Shown one piece after another: positions 13,915 through 25,745 of a stretch of DNA of 64,000 nt. Made by a program: the position numbers and the translations under genes. Origin of the DNA: the human T2T-CHM13v2.0 reference genome, Homo sapiens; the NCBI RefSeq assembly GCF_009914755.1, contig NC_060928.1. One strand, 5' to 3'. The notes beneath the pieces are model-generated. The model worked only from the letters and a program-made list of their open reading frames with translations, was not told the origin of the DNA and made no database searches. Positions within the stretch are counted from its first letter, which is position 1, and each line of letters starts with the position of its first letter.

Positions 13915-15200
13915 AATTAGAGTATGATTTTGGCCACTCTAAGTCTGAGGTGTCTATTAACTATTCGAGTGGAGATATCAGATAGGAATTATGTACACAA
14001 GTGAGGAATTCAAGAGAAAGCTTTAGGCTGGATAGATAATTTTGAGAATTATTAGTGCATAGATAATATTTAAGGTCATGAAATTGGATATAATAATTAG
14101 AGAATGAATGCAAATAGCAAAAAGAAGAAATTAAAGATTGAGCCATGGGTCACTTTAACAGTTAAGGTTCAAGCAAATGAAGTGGAACCAGCAGGGGATG
14201 TTGGGAAGAAGCAGCTAGTGAGGAAGAAGGAGCCAGTATGGTATCCTGTAAGCCATGTGAAGGAAGAATTTATATGACGAAGGAGTTATCAACTTTGTTC
14301 ATTGTTGCTGATGGGTCAAATAAGATGAAGAGGACGGAGAAATGACTATTGTGTTTGGCGATGCGAAAGCCATTGATGAATTTGAGAACAGCAATTTCAG
14401 TTGAAGGTGGGACTGGAAACCTGATCTGAGTGGATTCAGGAAAGAATAGGAAGGGAGGAATTAGACAAACAACAAATGTGGATGATTCTTTTAAAGAGTG
14501 TTGCTATGAAGTGGAGGAGAGAAATAGAATAGTAATTGGTAGAGATTGTGAGGGTGAAAACTATTCTTTAAAGACAGGAGAAACCATAGCATTTTTCTAT
14601 GCTGATGAGAATGATCTACAGATCATTTGATGCAGAGCAGAGAATTGTTGGAGGTAATGGCTTTGAGTAAATGAGAATGGATGACATATAGTACACTGGT
14701 AGAGAAACTGGCCTATGCTGGGAGCATGACAGTTAATCCTTAGTAAAAGGAGAGAATATATATTGAGCAGAGATGTAGGTAGGTGGGTAGATATCATAGT
14801 GATACCTTATGGTCATTATCTTTTGAGTGTTTCTTGGTGAAATAGGAAGCAGGGTCATTAGTTGAGAGCAAATATAGGGAGGAGGTATTGGAGGGTTGAA
14901 TAAAGAAGACAAAATATGAAATTGTTGGCTGGGAGAGAGGGAGAGAGAACGAACCAGGGAAATACAGTGATTGGAATTAGCATTAAGGGCCCACTTGAGG
15001 TTAGTGATCACAACTTCAAAATGAGAACAGCTAGCACTGCATAGCTGTATGTTTTTCTTCAGAAACATTCAATTGTAAGAGTGCAAACAGACAGCAGAGA
15101 GAGAGTTGTATTTAGCTAGTGTTATGGTTTCACTAGGCAAGTATGAGGAAGAAAGAGGGACAAAGAACGGACCACAGAGTTTAAGCTGCTAAAAAAAAGT
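13915..15200 (-). mobile_element. L2 internal (ORF2) relic
   Basis: Purine-rich antisense L2 motifs: gagtggagatatcagatagg, gggtcaaataagatgaagaggac, ttaaagagtgttgctatgaa. Confidence 0.75.
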
Positions 15201-16089
15201 AGTGTTTCTATGTGGCAATTTCTTTCTGGCATTTCTCAGGAAAACGTATGTTTTTCAAAGTCTGGGTCCCAGAGAAAATGATAAGTTGACAAATTGGGAA
15301 AATTGGTAAAATATTAAAATTATCCTCTGAGGATTAGAGATTATCAACATAAAGATGTTACTTTTGAAGGAATCCATTTGTGCCAAATTGAAAGCAAGAG
15401 CAGGAAATGCTGACACTTGGGAATCAAAGTTAAGGTTGGCATTCCTGGAACCATAATGAGAGCATGTCAGAGAGAAATAGCCATGGTCCAGCCAGTTAGC
15501 GTTGCTTGTAGCTGCTGCCACATTGTATGTGTTTGTAGCAATGTCATCTGCTAATGGCAAGTCATTCTTGCCAATACTTGTTAATCAGCTTACATGAGTA
15601 GTATACTTCATATGACTCCTATGAGTGATGTTTCCAGAAGTAACAAGTTTTGGAAACAAAATAAATCCTTTTGTTTGTATTTTTGATATGTAATTCTGAG
15701 TAGTGCTGTTAAACTGCTAGGAGATGGGAATGTTATGGTATTCAAAACACCATCCAATAATATTTGCTGGCATTTTCTACTATTTGAAAATAGGTGATGG
15801 GTCACTGTTCTTTGTAAATTTTACTAAGCTTAGTATTTTTTCAGATATCTATAGTTGTGGGCTTATAGACTTTAAAAATATATAATAATATGTAAAGAGT
15901 ATGAAGACTATTGGAAGTATTTTAAGAATGACTCATGATTTGGGGAATTTTTGATAATTCATAGGATTCCTTTTCTTGTTCCCAAAGATTAATCTGCTGG
16001 GAATTTATGAACACTAGACAGAAATATGGGCATAAGGAAAATGAAAAGCTAGTAGGATCAACTGATGACACATGTTGGTAGGAGCCATT

Positions 16090-16880
16090 TATTATACAAA
16101 GTGAACTGAAAGAACCTGTAAGAATGGGATGCTTAAAATTGGCTTTGTGGAGGGCAGCGAAGTAGTTTGAAAAGTTTTGGGTTTAACTGGTTTAACTACG
16201 GGAATGAGTAGGTAAGATATGGTGGAAGACAAGACCATTGAAGGAGAAGAGGTCAAGGAAGTGAGAGAAGAAAATATTGGAAGGATCATCATGTAGATAT
16301 TGAAATGACCAAAAGTTAGCAGGTGTGGAGATGGAGTGACAAAGAACTAGGAGCTAAAAGCTTCAAGGAATGAATAAGGAAGACAGTGAGGCAGATAACT
16401 GCAAGCCAAAAGAGGAAGAGGAATACAGCCTTATTACCTGAGATTTATTGGTAGGATTTTAGCCAGCAAGAAGTGGCAATAAAGTCAAGACCACCTGTCA
16501 TAACTTTAGGCCCAAAGGTGTCAAAGGACATGGGAGAGAAAAGAGTCATCACTTGAGAGTACTGTAGAGGAAACGGCATCCTTGGGGGACAACCAGGCTT
16601 CAATTAGCACAAGGCAGCCAAAGGAATAGTGGGAGAAAGGTGGTGGATTTTGCCTTGCCTGGCCTGAGTTTCTGAGGGGTTCACAGGCAGGATCTCAGTA
16701 GTTGGGGAGATTTGGGAGATGAGGTCACAAAAAAGGATATGTGGAGAACCTTATGCATATGGGAGTCTTGGGAGACAGAATTTTTTCTTTACTGCTGTAA
16801 ATAGTGACTATAGATATCTTGAAATTACTCCTGATAGTCACAGGCAGAGGGTGTAAAGTTGGGAGTGATGAGCCTAGATT
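16090..16880 (-). mobile_element. L2 internal relic (likely continuation)
   Basis: ggaagacaagaccattgaaggagaagaggtcaaggaagtgaga...gatcatcatgtagatattgaaatgacc. Confidence 0.55.
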
Positions 16881-17881
16881 TGGAACCTTCTTATTTAGTA
16901 TAGACATTACATGCTAAAGAATTTAGCATAATATTTTGATTAATTTTTGAACATCTAGATAAAATACATAAATGTTTGATATACTTCTGTAAGTATATGA
17001 TATATATATATCACAATTTAAAAAATTAATGAGCTTGTATGAAATAATGGCAGTCACTAACCTAATATCGAACTTGTTTCCCTTGAAAATATAATATGGT
17101 AACACTTTATGGACTTTAAGAAGCATATTTTAAAATCTTATTAGACCTGTTACTTAGAAATAATTCTACATACTTATCCTACTTTATGTTAGTGTGTTGT
17201 CTGGCTATAGAAATAGGTGACTTATTATTTAAAATCAACTGGCTTTCATCTTAAGGATGACAAATGCCTACTCAAAATGTCTCTTTGAGTGGCTTTCTCA
17301 ACATCTTAAATAAGAGCTTGGGGAAATGGAAGTATTATGTTAATGATTTTCAGATAAATATTGAAATAAGCAAGGCTGTTATTAGTGTGTGAACAAAACA
17401 TCTTTTCAGTGTAACCTAGACATCTACTTTTGTCTGAGAGATTATGGGGGTCTCTTTCACTGCATCAGTGGGGTAATTTTTTAAAAAATCAGATATTAAT
17501 ATTCATGAGACTGTCTAACTTAATTTGTAGCCAGAATAGCATCAATGATTTGAAATGTTTCCTCAACTTTTAAAAGAGAAAATGATAAAGTAAGCCTTTC
17601 TTTCTAATAAATGGAAACATTGGATAACTAAAGAAGAAATGTTAGACAACTGGCCAAAGGAGAGCTACAAAACTTTTAAATCCTAGTGTCTCTCTACATC
17701 AAATGACTGGTCAGTTTTTTCAAAACATTTTCTATTATTTTATTTCTATAATATGATTGATTGCAAACCAAAAGAGGTAGGAGGGTATAGTCTCATTACC
17801 TGAGATTTATAGGTAGAATTTCAGCCAGCAAGAAGTGGCAATAAGGTCACTCTATTACTGACTTTATGTATAATTATAAAT

Positions 17882-18388
17882 TGGGGGAGCTTCTGGGTAG
17901 TGGAACACGTGGAGTTTCCTGGAGGATGGTGCACCCAGGGAGGGTATGAAAGCTCTGCACCCCTTCCCCTATACTTCACCCTATGCATCTCTTCATCTGT
18001 AACATTTGCAATGTCCTTATAATAAAACCGGTAAACATTAAGTGTTTCCCTGAGTTCTGTGAGCCACTCCAACAAATTAACTAAACCTAAAGAGGGAGTC
18101 AGGGGAACCCCAACTTGAAACTGGTCTGTCAGAAGTTCCAGGACTTGCGACAGGTGTCTGGGGGTGTGGGAGACAGTCTTGGGGACTGAACCCTCAACCT
18201 GGGGAATTTGATGCTATCTCCAGGTAGATAGTTTTGGAGTTGAATTGGGGGACATCCAGCTGGTGTCTGCTGCTTGGTGTATGGGGAAAAAAACCAATAC
18301 ATTTGGTCACAGAAGACTTCTATGTTGATGATTGCTGTGGTGTGAAAGTAGAGGAAAAACACGGTTTGAGAGAGTTTTTCCTGAAACA
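17882..18388 (+). mobile_element. MER21A-like 5' LTR portion (R-U5 only; U3 absent)
   Basis: Homologous to 22450-22603, then continues with U5 to a terminal CA just before the PBS. Confidence 0.85.
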
Positions 18389-18390
18389 AT

Positions 18391-18408
18391 TGGTGGCAGT
18401 GATGGGAT
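18391..18408 (+). other. Retroviral primer binding site for tRNA-Leu
   Basis: TGGTGGCAGTGATGGGAT matches 16/18 the complement of the tRNA-Leu(AAG) 3' end (TGGTGGCAGCGGTGGGAT, recalled); 2 nt after the LTR CA. Confidence 0.85.
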
Positions 18409-21400
18409 CTGCTAGACTGGCCCAGGCTCAGGAAAACATATGGTTTGGGAAGAGAAAGGATAAAAGGGTGGGGGTTGAGGAATATTTGATTCCTCGGTGG
18501 CCACGTGGTCACCCATGGTATGAAGCCACAGCTGTGTTGAGATCAGTCACTAAAGGTAAAAGTTATCATTGAAATTTAGAGATGGATCTAACTTCCAGGG
18601 AGTTGGTTCACTGGATGCATAAGGAAATGCAAACTAATAAGAAAAAAGCAAAATATTCAATCCATTGGTTATTGTTATCTGCAATTACTACAATGAAATT
18701 AAAAGAGAATGCTGGGTTGGACCTTAATGCTAGACCGAGTTTAAATTTTAGTCTGAGCTCAGGCCCCTGGACTCAAAGCCACCCCCCTAAAGGCAAAATG
18801 ATGCAGGGACAACAGAAAATACCTCTGAGACCTGTGGTTGGTTACCAAGAAGGTAGTCAACGTGGGGGAAGGGAGAAACCAAGGAACTCTTCAAACCAGA
18901 GGGTACAGTATGAAGGAAGTGTTCTATTTTGTCGATGGGCATCATCAGGTTTTTGAGGAACCTTTACTAAAATGGATTATGAGAGTGACTAACTTAGGGA
19001 TAGTATCTTTGGTTTTAAATACTGCAGAGTGGACGAACACATTGATGGAGGACCCACGGCTCGCTACTGAACAATCATAAATGGGTATACATGGTCAAAA
19101 CACACAGGAGGTTATTCTTGAGGGAATAGCCAGCCTGGTAGCTTGGATAAAAGCCAGTGTAAGTCTTTTTACCCTAAGAAGGGGGACTGTTCAACTCCAC
19201 CTATAAATGCCAAGTGGCACACCCTAGATGAGACAGCTGATATACTTTCTATGTAAGCCATGGGCGACTGGCTTTATCATGACAGGGATATTCACCACTG
19301 AATGTGCCTGTTACCCAGGTCATGGTAAATGTTGTGGTTAAGAGGGCCCTTTCTACATGGGCACCCAATGTGATGTTACTCTTGTAAAACTGAACAACAG
19401 TTCGAGAAGCCTTATCAAATTTGCTGTCTCAGCTTCCCTTCATGGGTCTTACAGAAGCTGATAAAAACATAAGATTAATTAACAAGACAATAGGGAAAGG
19501 CAGAAAATCAAAGGATTCATCCCAGCAAGGTAGAAATATTTAGATGGTTATTAAGAAATAAAATGGAAACTGGTGGGGTTAAAACAAAAGTCTTAATACA
19601 ATACTATCGAAGATTGGGTGGACCAAAGGGAGTCCCTGCCGGTCATCCAACATTAAAGGACCTCAAACCAGTTTGCTATGTTTCCCCCAGTTTGGAGAAA
19701 TGTGAAGGTTGGAGGGCAGAGATTACAATGAGAAATTTGATCTGAAATTGCCTGGAACGATAGTCAAGCAGATTAATCAAGATAAAGATTGAGGAAAGGG
19801 CCAGAGTTCTTTGGCTCAACCTTTGGCTGGGGACCCAAAGCCTTTTGCACAGGAGTGGGTAAAATGGTCTCGGTGAGAGTGGAGAAGAGAAGTTCCTGGA
19901 ACTAGGACAACAAAAAAATAAGGGCTGATAGGATTATGAAAGTTGGTATACTTGAATACACTTCATGTGAAGTGGTTGCCTGTCCTTTACCTGACTGTAT
20001 CATGGGAATGGACATCGTATCTGATTGGGAAATGTTATCTTTACTTACTAACATAAAACAGAAGGCATGTAAATCTGCCTTTCAAGCAACAGTAATTGGA
20101 CATGCTAGACAGAAACCAGTAAGATGGCCCAAGCCCACACCGTACAGAGTAGAAGCCAGAGTGCTGGCAGGGACAAATTCTCCATCTGATAGCCCTTTAT
20201 GCCTATGTGCCTCCCAGCAACGACTACTGAGACTCTGAACTAGAGAATTTCCACTTGATGGACATTTAACCTGTTATGGGACATTAAGTAAAGCTACCCT
20301 GATGACTGAAGGACATAAAATGATCCTGAAACCTGAAATACTCATGATGTCTTCAGTGATGTCTGAGCAATGCTGTCATGGGTATGGCAGTGCTCAGAAG
20401 TGTTCCATAATAAAATGAAAATGGTTTATGCAGGATCTTGGTACCTAGGGAATGAAAGGAGGAGATGGTCACAAGCAGGGAGCCTCTGGGCTCCCTGGGA
20501 CTGACTCTGAAACTCTGTGAGGTGCTGCTGGATTCTATTGACACTTAGTGCACTATGAACAGCTCTCAACTGACAAGAGGAACTACTTGGTTTACAGATG
20601 GCAGTTCCAAGGTAAATGGACAACATCTTGTTTGAAAAGCTGCCACTTTGATCAAAGAAGGTAAAAACAGATCATCTTGGTGGGCTGAATTCCGTGCTGT
20701 TTTCCTAACAGTTTTGGAAGAATTGAACAGTGATAGAAGCTCCTATGTTTGGGTTTTTACTGGGCAGTGACCAATGGCCTGGCCATTAGCTCAGGCAAGA
20801 GGGCAATGGAAACCTGCCCTTTTAAAGAAATGCCTATGTGGTGCATGGCCCTATGGAGATTGGGGGATGCATTAAAGTAGAACAAGTCAATATTCATTAG
20901 AAGAACTCCCTTCCAGGCTTGGAAAGTGACTGAAATCAACAAGCAGATATTCCTGTGTGTTTCCCTGAGGTGGTCACTTGAGTCCATGAAATGAATGGAT
21001 ATGGGGGCACTGCAGCAGTGCAAACACAGCATCAATCTAAACATGTTCCTTTTGCACCCTCTCAGGTGTATAATGACAGTAAGAACTGTTCTGATTCCCA
21101 GCGAGAGAGATAGAGACTGCTGATGACTACGGGGCAGATTATCTGGTCGGAAGGCCCTGAACGCATCTGGCAAGTGAGGCTGATGCTAGTAGCCCTGGGC
21201 GGGGGGGGCTACAAACGGGTCTTGACAGGAATAGCCACTGACTTTGGAGTGGGCTTTGCTTACCCAGTGGAAGACACAAATGCTCAGGGTGCCATTGAAA
21301 AAACCCCAGAAGATATTGCATGGGTTTGGATGGCCATCGTTTCTTCAGACCAAGGAACAAACAAACTGTTCAGCCCATAATGTACAACAATGGGCAGAGA

Positions 21401-22158
21401 TATAGTTTTTCTTTCTTTTCCAAATCATCTAAAAAATCTTTTTTTTCCCTCCCCCCTGATGCAGTGGTCCTAAGACCAGGGCTGTGATGACAAGTGCTGG
21501 AAGCAGGGATGATTTCTAAGCCAGAAACTGTCCCTATGTTTTTAAACTTTGTCAGCGTTCCTAAGGACTGGATGGGGCTGGATTGTGTCTTCACCCCACC
21601 TGGCAAAATTGGGGTTAAGAATAAATACAACTATATTGCCTGGTGGCAAAAACAGCTCACTAGTTCAGAACCTAGGTAACTCTACCGTCTATGAATGGAA
21701 ATGGACTGAGCGGGAGGCACTATCGGTCTAGTATTGCTCCCAGCGATCTGGACCAGCATGGCGGCAGAATCTAATGTTCCTTTTAAAAATGAAAAAGTAG
21801 GGGTAAAAATAAATAACAAATGGAGAAAAGGAGAAATAATAGCTGATGGTGAAGAAATGGATAAATGGGTTATAAATGGAGAGAAATCCAATATTACATT
21901 AACAACTTTAAGGAGCCTCAGAGCAAGAGAGGCCATTGTCTTTAACTCAGTTATCCCAGGTATCTGAAGGGGGGAAGCTGTGTATTTGCCAAGACCACTC
22001 CTGCTTTTGGAGGCTGACAAGATTAAAAGGAAGCCTACAAACCTGAGTGGCCTCAGCCTGAGAGACATCCATATAGTATGATGGACTGGACTAATTATTA
22101 AAGATTGCATATTTTTTTTTTGCTCGAAGGGATCTGTGGTTGAAAACCAGAGGTGTCC
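18409..22158 (+). pseudogene. ERVL (MER21-int-like) internal region: decayed gag, protease, RNase H and integrase; RT not recognisable
   Basis: WFTDGSSK RNase H motif at ~20586; integrase-like VLTGIATDFGVGFAYPV and SDQGT at 21220-21360; PLPDCIMGMDIV protease-end motif at ~19985; many stops and frameshifts. Confidence 0.85.
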
Positions 22159-22612
22159 TGTGGTCTTATGATATATGTTGTTTCTCATCCACAGTTCCCG
22201 GTTCATAACTCCCATAGCCCTGTTACAGTCTTTTGTCATAATGTTGGAGTGTTAGGTCTCAGGGGTAGGCTTCAGGAAACAGAATCTCTCTTCTGCCCTC
22301 CTTTCACCTGCCCCGCAGCGAGACTCTAATCTTACCCAGCCTTTGTGATTGCGCATCTTAAGACCCTCCCCAGAGAGTGTCCTACCTTATACTCTGGGGG
22401 AAGGAACGCTGACGTCATGAAGCTTCCATAAAGACTCAAGAGGGCAAGGTTGGGGAGCTTCTGGATAGCTGAACAAGTGGTGGTTCCTGGTGGGTGGCAC
22501 CCAGGGAGGGTATGGATGCTCTGCAGCCCTTACCCCGTGCCTTACCCTGTGCATCTCTTCACCTGTACCTTTGTAATAGCCTTTATAATAAACTGGTAAA
22601 TGTAAAAAAAAA
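22159..22612 (+). mobile_element. MER21A-like 3' LTR portion (U3-R) ending in an A-tract; U5 absent
   Basis: Starts TG after the PPT-like ccagaggtgtcc; TATA-like CATAAA at 22427; AATAAA at 22587-22592; A9 at 22604-22612. Confidence 0.85.
22410..22432 (+). promoter_or_regulatory. Perfect CRE palindrome plus TATA-like box in the LTR U3
   Basis: TGACGTCA at 22410-22417 and CATAAA at 22427-22432; activity unknown. Confidence 0.45.
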
Positions 22613-22919
22613 TTATTTTTGGAGCACAATTTTGGCAAAATATTTTTGTTTTAAAATTTGTTTAGAAAATATAAACTTTCACTTTTTCAGAATTAAAGGA
22701 AATAGCTATGAATTTCCAATAATATTTAAAGTCTATTACATTGGAGAGATAACTAGATTATATAAACTGTCTATTATAGGATGAAGACTATGACAAAAAT
22801 TGCAAAAAGGTGGACGTGTTTTGGTATTCAACAAAAATAGTAGCATGAATTGAATGCTATAGGAGATGATTTTCTGCCTTTACTGAGGAAAGAAAAAATA
22901 AAATTTAAAGTGCTCTTTA

Positions 22920-23207
22920 AGGCCTTGTTCAAATACCCCCTTCACCCTGACGTCATTCCTTATGCTTCCAACTGTACGTGATCTTTCTCTCTTTTGGAAC
23001 TCCTCTAACACTTTCTCTTTTCTGTAGTCCATATTATGTTCTATTGTATATTCTGGTTATTTGTATGCATGATTTTCTTACAAATTATGATTGTAAAAAT
23101 CCTTGAACTTAAGATTCAAAGTTGTATTCCCCATTCTGTCACCCAATTTACATCCTAGCACAGGGCTTTTCATAGAGTAAATGTTTAGTAAATATTTATT
23201 GAATGAT
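22920..23207 (+). mobile_element. L2 3' end relic
   Basis: gattgtaaaaatccttgaa...cctagcacagggctttt catagagtaaatgtttagtaaatatttattgaatga. Confidence 0.6.
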
Positions 23208-23416
23208 TTTCAGCACTGTCTAGAAAAAGACAACTGCAGTTTGGATATTCGGAGTGGAGAGTAATTGGTTCTAACATTTCATTAAAAAGATCTGTGTAGG
23301 CTGTCTTTTATATTCATATATTCATACTTTTCCCTACAATCTCCACTTTTGACCAATAAATGTAGTGCCCTTCTGTATCTTATTCCCTATTGTATAGATG
23401 GCGGTAATAGGTAGTT

Positions 23417-23828
23417 GTGGTGGGGACTGCTAGTTAACCACCAGATTTGTCTTCTCTCTGTTTGGGTACATTGCTAGGCTACATCTCTCAGCCATCCTTT
23501 GCAGGTAGGTGTGGCTGGGACTAAATTCCCTCCAAAGAAATATGAATAGAAGTGTGCCTCTTACAGGCTGAGTCCTAGGAAAAGTCTCCTAAGGACTTTA
23601 TCTTTCAGCTGGTTGGATGCAAACAGTAATGAGTCAGAGGAGATGGTGGAGGCACTGGATGGAAGGACCTGGGGGGTCTCTGAATGATTATGAGAAGCAG
23701 AGGCTCCACATGCTGACTGGGGACCTCTCTAGCCTATTAAATAAATAAGAAGCAAACCTCCGTTGCATGGAGCCATCGTATTTTTGTATCTTTTTGTTAC
23801 TACAATCTAGCCTACCCTAAATGACACA
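23417..23828 (+). mobile_element. MLT1 (MLT1J-like) MaLR solo LTR
   Basis: TG...CA ends; ctaggctacatctctcagccatcctttgcaggtaggtgtggc; tttgttactacaatctagcctaccctaaatgacaca. Confidence 0.75.
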
Positions 23829-24025
23829 GCAGGGAAAGTAATGGTGGCTGCAAACTACATTTCACCGGCTTAGGAGAAACACGTCCTTGTGTGTAGCAGC
23901 TAGAATCGCTAGCATGGCCATGCTTTTATTGTAGCTCAAGGGTAACAAAGAGGATGTTGAAGGAACCCAAGGAATGGATCTATTAGCATGGAAAATAGAT
24001 AACAGGGAATGGGTTGAAAATAATC

Positions 24026-24114
24026 TTTTTTTTAAAATTTATTTATTATTATTATACTTTAAGTTTTAGGGTACATGTGCACAATGTGCAGGTTAGTTAC
24101 ATATGTATACATGT
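24026..24114 (-). mobile_element. Young L1PA2/3-like extreme 3' end (~65 bp plus tail)
   Basis: ttattatactttaagttttagggtacatgtgcacaatgtgcaggttagttacatatgtatacatgt, essentially undiverged from the recalled young L1 end. Confidence 0.9.
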
Positions 24115-24331
24115 ATGTTGTGTATGTTTTGCCCACCACTCTCCTAGCACCTAGCTCAGGCAGAAACAGTATTCAGTGAACAACTGGGTATTTGGATAAG
24201 TAAATGTGATAGACACAAATCTTTATTTTTATTGAGAAGGGTATTCAAAGTACCAGACTTAAAGTTCATTAAGGAAAATCTAAATTAGATATAAAATCAT
24301 CCTAAATATTTTTAAAATAATTTTTTTAAAA

Positions 24332-24620
24332 TTTTTTAGAGATAGAGTCTCACTCAAGCCACTTCACTGCACCTAGCTGAGTGCAGTGTGGTGGCTTGAT
24401 CATAGCTCATAGCAGCCTTGAACTTCTGGGCTCAAGTGATCCTCCCGCCTCAGCCTCCCAAGCAGCTGAAACTACAGGCACATGCACCACCATGACTGGC
24501 TAATTTTTAAAAAATATTTTAGAGACAAGGTTTCATGTGCTGGTTCAAACTCCTGGGCTCAAACAACCCTCCTAAGTCAGCCTCCCTAGGCGCTGGAATA
24601 ACAGGCACGAGCCACCGACC
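24332..24620 (-). mobile_element. AluJ (diverged)
   Basis: ttttagagatagagtctcactc...ctcaagtgatcctcccgcctcagcctccc...acaggcacgagccacc. Confidence 0.88.
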
Positions 24621-24883
24621 ATGGTGGAACAATCTTATGCCTTAATGATTTCAGAGTTGAAGGCTGAATTGATCTTTCTGGCCTGGAAAAGTCACCCAGT
24701 AGTGTGAACCTTACTTTGCCTTAGAAATAGAAGAATCTTTGTTTTGACATTTTGAGAAGAAGGCCATTTTAGTGCAAACACATGATACGTAAGTAATATT
24801 TTAGATCCAGGGTGTGAAATTTTTAGATGACTATACGCAAGTATTTTTATGCTGGAATAAAAACTGAAGAACTTTATTGAAGA

Positions 24884-25090
24884 AATAGCCACTGGCTTTG
24901 GAGTGGGCTTTGCTTACCCAGTGGAAGACACAAATGCTCAAAGAGCCATTAAAAAACCCCAGAAGATATTGCATGGGTTTGGATGGTCATCATTTCTTCA
25001 GACCAAGGGACGAACTGTTCAGCCCATAATGTCCAACAATGGGCAGAGATATATTTTTTCTTTCTTTTCCAAATTATCTTAAAAAATTGT
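24884..25090 (+). repeat. Dispersed duplicate of the ERV integrase segment 21230-21440
   Basis: Same orientation; about 90% identical by eye. Confidence 0.92.
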
Positions 25091-25109
25091 TCTTTTTTTT
25101 TTTTTTGCT

Positions 25110-25530
25110 TGCTTTATTTGTCTCTTTTCTCCAATCCATCGAACATTGCCCTAATTCAGGTCATCATCTCTTCCCTAGATTATTGCAATAACTCTTAACT
25201 GGTCTCTTTGCTTCTGGTCTCTCTTATCTCCAGTTCCTCCTCTACATTGCCACAGAGTTACATTTGCACATTCCCAAGAATCTCTGGCCATATTCCTAAC
25301 ATGTTCTAGCTGCCTGTACAACTGCAATACCTAAAACACTCTATGTTTTCTCATGAGCCTTTGCCCTTTCTGGATTATCCTTTCTTTCCAGCTACTGGGT
25401 GAATTCCTACTCTACTCCCGTCACAACTTGAAAGCATTTCCATGGGAAGCTTCTCCTAAGTTAGGTGCTTCTCCTTAGCTCTTCATAGCACTGCATACCT
25501 TGATTTTAGAACTTATCAGATTCTACTAGC
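25110..25530 (+). mobile_element. L2 relic
   Basis: catcatctcttccctagattattgcaataactcttaactggtctc is a characteristic L2 segment. Confidence 0.7.
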
Positions 25531-25584
25531 CCTTCAGCCAAGGAACTTTATCACAATGGGAGTTAGCACTGTGGGAAATTAATG

Positions 25585-25745
25585 GGTTCACATGCATTAT
25601 CTCATTTAACTTATTATCCCCATATTACAGAAGCATATGCAGAAGCCCACAGGGTCTAAATGGCACAGCTGGTAAATGGTGAGGCCATGATTTGAACCTA
25701 GATCATGTGACCCCAGAGTTGGCACTTTGCATCACTATTACATTT
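25585..25745 (-). mobile_element. MIR
   Basis: attatccccatattacaga...cacagctggtaaatggtgaggccatgatttgaacctag. Confidence 0.7.

Noticed and set aside
18391-18408. tRNA gene fragment
   Set aside because: Only an 18-nt complement of a tRNA 3' end next to an LTR, so it is a PBS and not a tRNA gene
21682-22239. 185-aa minus-strand ORF
   Set aside because: Antisense to decayed ERV sequence, no recognisable domain, and a non-ATG start
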